Below are positions 58,937 to 64,000 of a stretch of DNA of 64,000 nt, piece by piece. The notes under the pieces were generated by a model that saw nothing but the letters and a program-made list of their open reading frames with translations, ran no database searches and had not been told where the DNA came from. Made by a program: the position numbers and the translations under genes. The number at the start of each line of letters is the position of its first letter. Position 1 is the first letter of the stretch. The DNA is taken from the sequence record PQ287644.1, one strand, 5' to 3'.

Positions 58937-60232
58937 ATGAATGATGATGAAAAGACGTTGGCTGCTGAAATGGCTGCGGTCAGCGCAGTTAAATCCCAGG
59001 AGATCGTGGAAGCCGCCCGTTCCACGGCGGAACTGTCGGAGTACCAGAACAGCCTCGATGATCTGTTCGATCGCGTGATTGAAGTCCAACGCACGTTGAA
59101 CACCCTGGAAGCCCACGAGGTGACACCGGAGTTGGCTGAACAGCTCGATAAAGAACTGATTGCGGCAGAAGCCCTCCCAGAGGCCGTAGAAGGGGCGGAA
59201 GCCTTGGGGTTTACCCTTCTCCCTAAGGCATACCTTGCGACGCGTCTAGCGGGCTGTGAGAGCTTCCTGAGCGACTTCTTTAAGAGCTCCCGGGAAGTAG
59301 TCAGTTTGATTGGAACCTTCTTCCGGGATTCGTACGTTCTCTTTATGGAATCCCAGGAGAGTCTGAGTAAGCAGATTGACCTGCTGGAAACCCGGTTGTC
59401 CTCTGTCGAGAAGTTTGGCAGTCAAGGTACCTTTATCCTGGGTCACCGTCTCTTTAACCGGTTTAAGATCAACGGTAAAGTGGATGAGAACTGGTCCGGT
59501 AACCTGACCAAGCTCAACCAAACCCTGTCGGGTCTGAGTAATAACTACTACCTCAACAGCAAGAATGCGTTGGCGGCATCATTCAGTTACTTCGGTGGGT
59601 TTGCAGGTCTGACCCAAGTGGAAGTGGATGAACGCCTCTGCATGATGCCGGTGAGTCTACCATCAACGCCGTTTAAGGAATGTACTTATCCGGATAAACG
59701 CCGTTCGGGACCTAACGTGGTGGCTAAACGGTCGGTCGAGCTGATGGGTGGTGCGTACTTCTACGATGTTCGCAGTACCGTTAAACCGGTGATCCTGAAG
59801 AACCCTGACGACATTCAAGACTTTGTGATTCGTTACACTGAAATTGATCACACCGGTTTCGATAACAACGAAGAGTATACCCTTCGGGATGTTGGGGCTG
59901 AAGTGAAGGCGTTGTCGAGTGAAGACATTAAGACCGTCATCAAACTCCTGCGTCAGCTTTTGAAAGACTGGGGTAAGGTCTTTGAAATGGCGGAGACCTA
60001 CCGCGTAACGGATTCGGATTACAACGACATCATTAAAGGTTTCCTGGAAGCCGATATCAGTGATGAAGCGAAGACAGTGCTGTCGAAGACGTTCGCTAAA
60101 GTCGTTCGTAAGAACCAAACCGAGCTCTTGGGTATTCGCGCTGAGGTCTCGAACTACCTCACCCTGATTGTCAACGGGATGGTGTCTATCTGTAACGATT
60201 CCATTGGGCTTTACGAAGAAAGCCTGGACTAA
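58937..60232 (+). CDS. Internal head protein
   Basis: Acidic propeptide, then G-C-E|S; GGAG RBS. Confidence 0.7.
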   Translation: MNDDEKTLAAEMAAVSAVKSQEIVEAARSTAELSEYQNSLDDLFDRVIEVQRTLNTLEAHEVTPELAEQLDKELIAAEALPEAVEGAEALGFTLLPKAYLATRLAGCESFLSDFFKSSREVVSLIGTFFRDSYVLFMESQESLSKQIDLLETRLSSVEKFGSQGTFILGHRLFNRFKINGKVDENWSGNLTKLNQTLSGLSNNYYLNSKNALAASFSYFGGFAGLTQVEVDERLCMMPVSLPSTPFKECTYPDKRRSGPNVVAKRSVELMGGAYFYDVRSTVKPVILKNPDDIQDFVIRYTEIDHTGFDNNEEYTLRDVGAEVKALSSEDIKTVIKLLRQLLKDWGKVFEMAETYRVTDSDYNDIIKGFLEADISDEAKTVLSKTFAKVVRKNQTELLGIRAEVSNYLTLIVNGMVSICNDSIGLYEESLD

Positions 60233-60245
60233 GCGGGGTGAGGGT

Positions 60246-61259
60246 ATGAGCGCGGGTTATAAAAGCCAATACGTTGATGCCCTCGAACAACACCAGGACT
60301 TGATGCAGGCTCACTCAGAACTCCTTGAGTTGGGCAGTATCATGGGAATGGATGATGTCGAGGGCAGTGAGGCGTTGAAAGAAGCCGCCATGGACAGTTT
60401 GTCTTCGGTAGGTCGGGGTTTGTTCAGTGTGAGTAAATGGGTCGGGGGTAAAGCGATTGATGGCTTTATTCGTGGTATGACGACCGCAGGTAATCAACTG
60501 AACAAGAGTTTCAATGACAACCAAGGACTTATTAAAAATGTCCTTAAAGACGCTGGTAAGGTGGCTGACAAAGATATTCAGGTTACTGGCAAGAAGATTG
60601 GACTGATTACCGCGACCGGTAATCCTGACCGTATTCTCCACGACATGGAACTCCTGGTTAAGGACCTCGAAGTCGTTGAACAGCACGCCAAAGACCTGAT
60701 GGGGTTCTTGGACCGTGAATTGGTGACCTTGAGGCAGTTGAAATCGGCTAAGAAGTCCGAAGACATTCACAAGGTCATTGACGCGTTCAACGGGTTGGAA
60801 TACCCGGTTATGAAGTTCGCTGACCGGTTGGATAAGGCGTATAAGTCTGAGGTGCTACCGGGTGGTCGTTTCTTCCTCTTCAAACAGGAAGAAGACGATA
60901 AACCTGCGGTGTATTCCATTGGGGGTGAACCGCATGAAGGGGAAGGGGTGACCCTGAACCTGTCTAAAACCGAGGTCACTGACATTCTGAATAAACTCGG
61001 GAAGGTCAATGCGTTGCACTTGCGGGTTAAGGCATCGTATGAGAGTTATCTCGGATTCATCAAATCTTGGGCAGAAATGGTCAAAGGTGTTGATGGTAAC
61101 TTGAGTCAACTCGATCAAGTGAGTAAGACGGTAATAGGCGAAGCTGAGAAGCTAATGGCCGGGAACATGGGAGCGCTCGCATTTTATAGCGGATTCACTC
61201 CTCGTGTGGTCGGTTATACCGATAAGTACATTCATGGTGTACTTGGGGTATTCGCTTGA
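60246..61259 (+). CDS. Internal head protein
   Basis: GAGG RBS; G-S-E|A site. Confidence 0.7.
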   Translation: MSAGYKSQYVDALEQHQDLMQAHSELLELGSIMGMDDVEGSEALKEAAMDSLSSVGRGLFSVSKWVGGKAIDGFIRGMTTAGNQLNKSFNDNQGLIKNVLKDAGKVADKDIQVTGKKIGLITATGNPDRILHDMELLVKDLEVVEQHAKDLMGFLDRELVTLRQLKSAKKSEDIHKVIDAFNGLEYPVMKFADRLDKAYKSEVLPGGRFFLFKQEEDDKPAVYSIGGEPHEGEGVTLNLSKTEVTDILNKLGKVNALHLRVKASYESYLGFIKSWAEMVKGVDGNLSQLDQVSKTVIGEAEKLMAGNMGALAFYSGFTPRVVGYTDKYIHGVLGVFA

Positions 61260-61311
61260 TTTGTTTATAAACAATCATTTCATTTCGTTAACGAAACAAA
61301 GGAAACAACTC

Positions 61312-62568
61312 ATGAGTATTCTCGATCGCTACACTGGCATGGAAGAGCTTCTGGAGAACGGCGCGGACAACCTCGAAGATGGTGTGACCGAAGCCGCTGT
61401 CGAAGAAGTTCGTGCTGACATCGCCGAGGTTGTGGCAGAGGTAGAACAGGTCGCGGCTGAAGTCGAAGAACTGCGTGATGACCTGGAAGAGCACGAAGAA
61501 GTCGTCGAAGAACTGGCTGAAGAAGTCGAAGGCCTGGAAAGCATGCTGAGCTCGGGTCAGTTCAGCTCCGTTGGTTTCGCTCACAGCTACAACAAAGCCC
61601 TGCGCCTGAACGCCAAGCTGGGCGGCCAATCCTTCGAACGCCTGGGTGCGGAATCCATCTCCGACGCCGCCACCGCCAAGATCGCTTCGGTGACCGGCGT
61701 TGAAGCCTTCATGGACACCGTGAAGAACGCCGGTAAGAAAGCCGCCGAGTTCATCAAGGCGATCTTCAACACCGTCATCAACTTCTTCGTGGGTCTGTTC
61801 AGCACCGCTGCCGGTATCGACCGTCGTCGCGCACAGCTCGCCGACAAACTCGGTAAAGCCGACAAGCTGAAAGAGAAAATCAAGCTGGGCAAATGGAACA
61901 TCGGTGTCGACTACGCCAAGAACGGCGCGGACATCCTGGACAAAGGTCCGTTCACCAAAGTCCTGAGCGATTCCCTGCCGGCCTTCATCGACATCGGCAA
62001 GAACCTCGACGGCGTCAACGCCTCCCAGTTCAAGACTGCGTACAACAGCCTGGTCGCTGACGTCAAAGCCGTTGTGAAAGAAACCGGCGGAAATGCCACT
62101 GAGAAAGGTTCCGGTGACAAGCGTCAAGTCCTGGCTGCACGTGCCGGCTTCGGCATCTATCTCACCTTCGAAGAGAAGGTCGATACCGATGAAGAAGTCC
62201 TGGCTGCCGCGCGTTCCATCAAGCTGTCCTTCGGCAAGAACAAGGACGCCTCCGAGTTCGCCAAAGGTGAAGCGGCTGTCAAGGCAACCAAAGCACAACT
62301 GGAAAGCCTGCTGAAAACTGTGAGCAGTACCGTATCCGTTCTGAAAGACAGCAAGATCAGCCAGAAGTTCTCCAAGGCTGAACGTGACCGTGTCGTCGGC
62401 ACCCTGAACGCCAAAGGTGGTGACAAGGACGCCAAGGCCGGCACCGACAAGGCGATCAAACTGGTGCGCGCGCTGTACAGCACCGGTGCGAGCCTGACCC
62501 AGTCGGTCAACCGTCTGCTGGCTTACCAAGCCAAGCAATCGCTGGATCTGGTTGCGGCTCACCTGTAA
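61312..62568 (+). CDS. Abundant inner-body head protein (phiKZ gp93-family-like)
   Basis: AAGGA RBS; strongly biased codon usage; very acidic propeptide; G-L-E|S and G-V-E|A sites. Confidence 0.8.
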   Translation: MSILDRYTGMEELLENGADNLEDGVTEAAVEEVRADIAEVVAEVEQVAAEVEELRDDLEEHEEVVEELAEEVEGLESMLSSGQFSSVGFAHSYNKALRLNAKLGGQSFERLGAESISDAATAKIASVTGVEAFMDTVKNAGKKAAEFIKAIFNTVINFFVGLFSTAAGIDRRRAQLADKLGKADKLKEKIKLGKWNIGVDYAKNGADILDKGPFTKVLSDSLPAFIDIGKNLDGVNASQFKTAYNSLVADVKAVVKETGGNATEKGSGDKRQVLAARAGFGIYLTFEEKVDTDEEVLAAARSIKLSFGKNKDASEFAKGEAAVKATKAQLESLLKTVSSTVSVLKDSKISQKFSKAERDRVVGTLNAKGGDKDAKAGTDKAIKLVRALYSTGASLTQSVNRLLAYQAKQSLDLVAAHL

Positions 62569-62599
62569 GGTCGAGTGTTAGGATCTATTCCTAGAGGTA

Positions 62600-62635
62600 C
62601 TACAGGTAGGGGGATCTCCCCTACCTGTAGCCTTT
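62600..62635 (+). terminator. Terminator
   Basis: ctacaggtagggg-gatct-cccctacctgtag followed by ccttt. Confidence 0.8.
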
Positions 62636-62694
62636 ATGTCGCAATACTGTAATTTCGATGCTATGTACTCAACTTGACTATTAGGTTGTTAACG

Positions 62695-63741
62695 ATGAAT
62701 ACGCATCCTGTAGCGCCCCTCCGATACGTGAATTCACCGACGGTGTATGAAGAGTATGAGGAGGATAGGGAGGGTTATAATCTAGTCAACGACGAAACGA
62801 CTATGGTTGCACTCTCCAGAGAGAACGACAAGATCAGTGGATTAGAAAGTGTCTACAACTACGTTCTCCACCGACATCAGAATCGGTTGACTGCTTCGAC
62901 CGGTACTGAGGGGTTTATTGATTCCGTTAAACACGGTATCAGTAAACTCATTCAAGTGGTTAAGGATTTCTTTAAGTGGATTTGGAGTTTCTTTGGGACC
63001 AAAGGGAAAGCCCTGAAAGACAAAGGAGATGAACTGGAGGTCGCTCTTAAAGCCAATGGTGTACGGGAGGATGACATTCCGTATCCCAAAGCCGCCTTTT
63101 ATATCTTCCCTAAAACGACCAAGTTACCGTCGAATGTGGCGTGGGTGGGTAGCGTCATCGGGGATATTGAGCGTGGGATTAAGACGATTGAACGGTACAG
63201 TGCAAGTGTGGGGAACTTCTGTAAGGAATTAGGTCGTCTGATTGACCATTCGAAATACGCAGAATTCACCACCAAACAGAAGGCCTTCTACCAAGAGGTT
63301 AAGGGTCTGTTAGGAGTGAACGCGAACCAGGAAGCCACCCTGGTGGTTAAAGATGACCTGGTCGTGGGTAAGAACACCGTGGAAGTGACGATTAACCTGA
63401 CGCGGGGGCTGGGTGTCCTGTCGGCTGATCGAGTGAAGAACGCGACCTTTAAGACTAATGTTTCGCAGGTGCGCGAACTCCTGGCCAAGCACAATCGTCT
63501 AACAGAATCCCTCAAGGACATGAACACTAAAGTCCATTCGTTGGAGAATGACTTTGTAACGGCGCTAATGGCAAGTTTGGACGTTAAAGAGGCGTCTCCT
63601 GAAGCTCAGGCTGCCATTAAGGAGATGAAAGCCGTGATTCGTAAAGCCATGGCGAGTCTTAAAGTCATGGAGACGGAAGTGTATCGGAGTGCTAACGCTG
63701 TTTACGCGGTGTTGGAAGCCGCTGTGAAGAGAAGGAGCTAA
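62695..63741 (+). CDS. Internal head protein paralog
   Basis: G-T-E|G plus amphipathic helix (FIDSVKHG...WIWSFF). Confidence 0.75.
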   Translation: MNTHPVAPLRYVNSPTVYEEYEEDREGYNLVNDETTMVALSRENDKISGLESVYNYVLHRHQNRLTASTGTEGFIDSVKHGISKLIQVVKDFFKWIWSFFGTKGKALKDKGDELEVALKANGVREDDIPYPKAAFYIFPKTTKLPSNVAWVGSVIGDIERGIKTIERYSASVGNFCKELGRLIDHSKYAEFTTKQKAFYQEVKGLLGVNANQEATLVVKDDLVVGKNTVEVTINLTRGLGVLSADRVKNATFKTNVSQVRELLAKHNRLTESLKDMNTKVHSLENDFVTALMASLDVKEASPEAQAAIKEMKAVIRKAMASLKVMETEVYRSANAVYAVLEAAVKRRS

Positions 63742-63746
63742 AGGTC

Positions 63747-64000
63747 ATGCAGCTTAGCTTATTGAATCAATCTGTTGTGGTGAAAGCCGCGCTGGGTGAT
63801 TACACGGACATTAACCCTCGGTTTGGGATTACCACGAGGATTAACGATACTGTGTTCAAATACGCCCCTCATGGAGAACTGCGTCAGAGTGTTCTGATTG
63901 AGCGCTTGGATCTTGGAGAATTCCTGAAGGGGATTCCCCAGGACATTAGCCAGGTGACGTATAAGGAGACCCCTGAGATCGTTGTGAGTCTTCTCCAGGA
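63747..64000 (+). CDS. Hypothetical protein, partial (runs off the window)
   Basis: MQLSLLNQ... open to the end of the window; AAGGAG upstream. Confidence 0.55.
   Translation, partial: MQLSLLNQSVVVKAALGDYTDINPRFGITTRINDTVFKYAPHGELRQSVLIERLDLGEFLKGIPQDISQVTYKETPEIVVSLLQ

Noticed and set aside
61288-62562. 424-aa minus-strand ORF antisense to the major inner-body gene
   Set aside because: Same codon-bias shadow effect; the sequence mirrors the sense-strand codons.

Overview
The window is a 64-kb segment of a nucleus-forming jumbo phage genome (phiKZ-like, Chimalliviridae). Gene order and intein content most resemble Pseudomonas phage EL; this is from recall, not a database search. The sequence begins exactly at the terL ATG, which suggests an assembly re-oriented on terL. 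Gene order: intein-containing terL; virion genes on the minus strand; an AT-rich non-coding region; a proteasome-beta/HslV-like Ntn hydrolase; a ~400-nt structured non-coding region; PhuZ tubulin; small genes; the family B DNA polymerase catalytic gene; chimallin; nvRNAP beta'-N, whose NADFDG/D motif is split by a group I intron carrying an HNH endonuclease; an SbcD-like nuclease; ChmC-, gp68- and PicA-like genes (by synteny); nvRNAP beta-C and intein-containing beta'-C; an intein-containing SF2 helicase; a vRNAP beta' fragment; a Zn-ribbon protein with a candidate -1 slippery site; the polB exonuclease gene; an HExxH membrane metalloprotease; and head/baseplate genes, many with G-X-E maturation sites. 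All three inteins are related class-3 inteins inserted after a Gly-Lys dipeptide. Four genes are each broken by one missing base in a homopolymer run, most likely sequencing errors. No tRNA, rRNA or CRISPR array was seen. Homolog assignments to phiKZ gp numbers rest on synteny and size unless a motif is cited.
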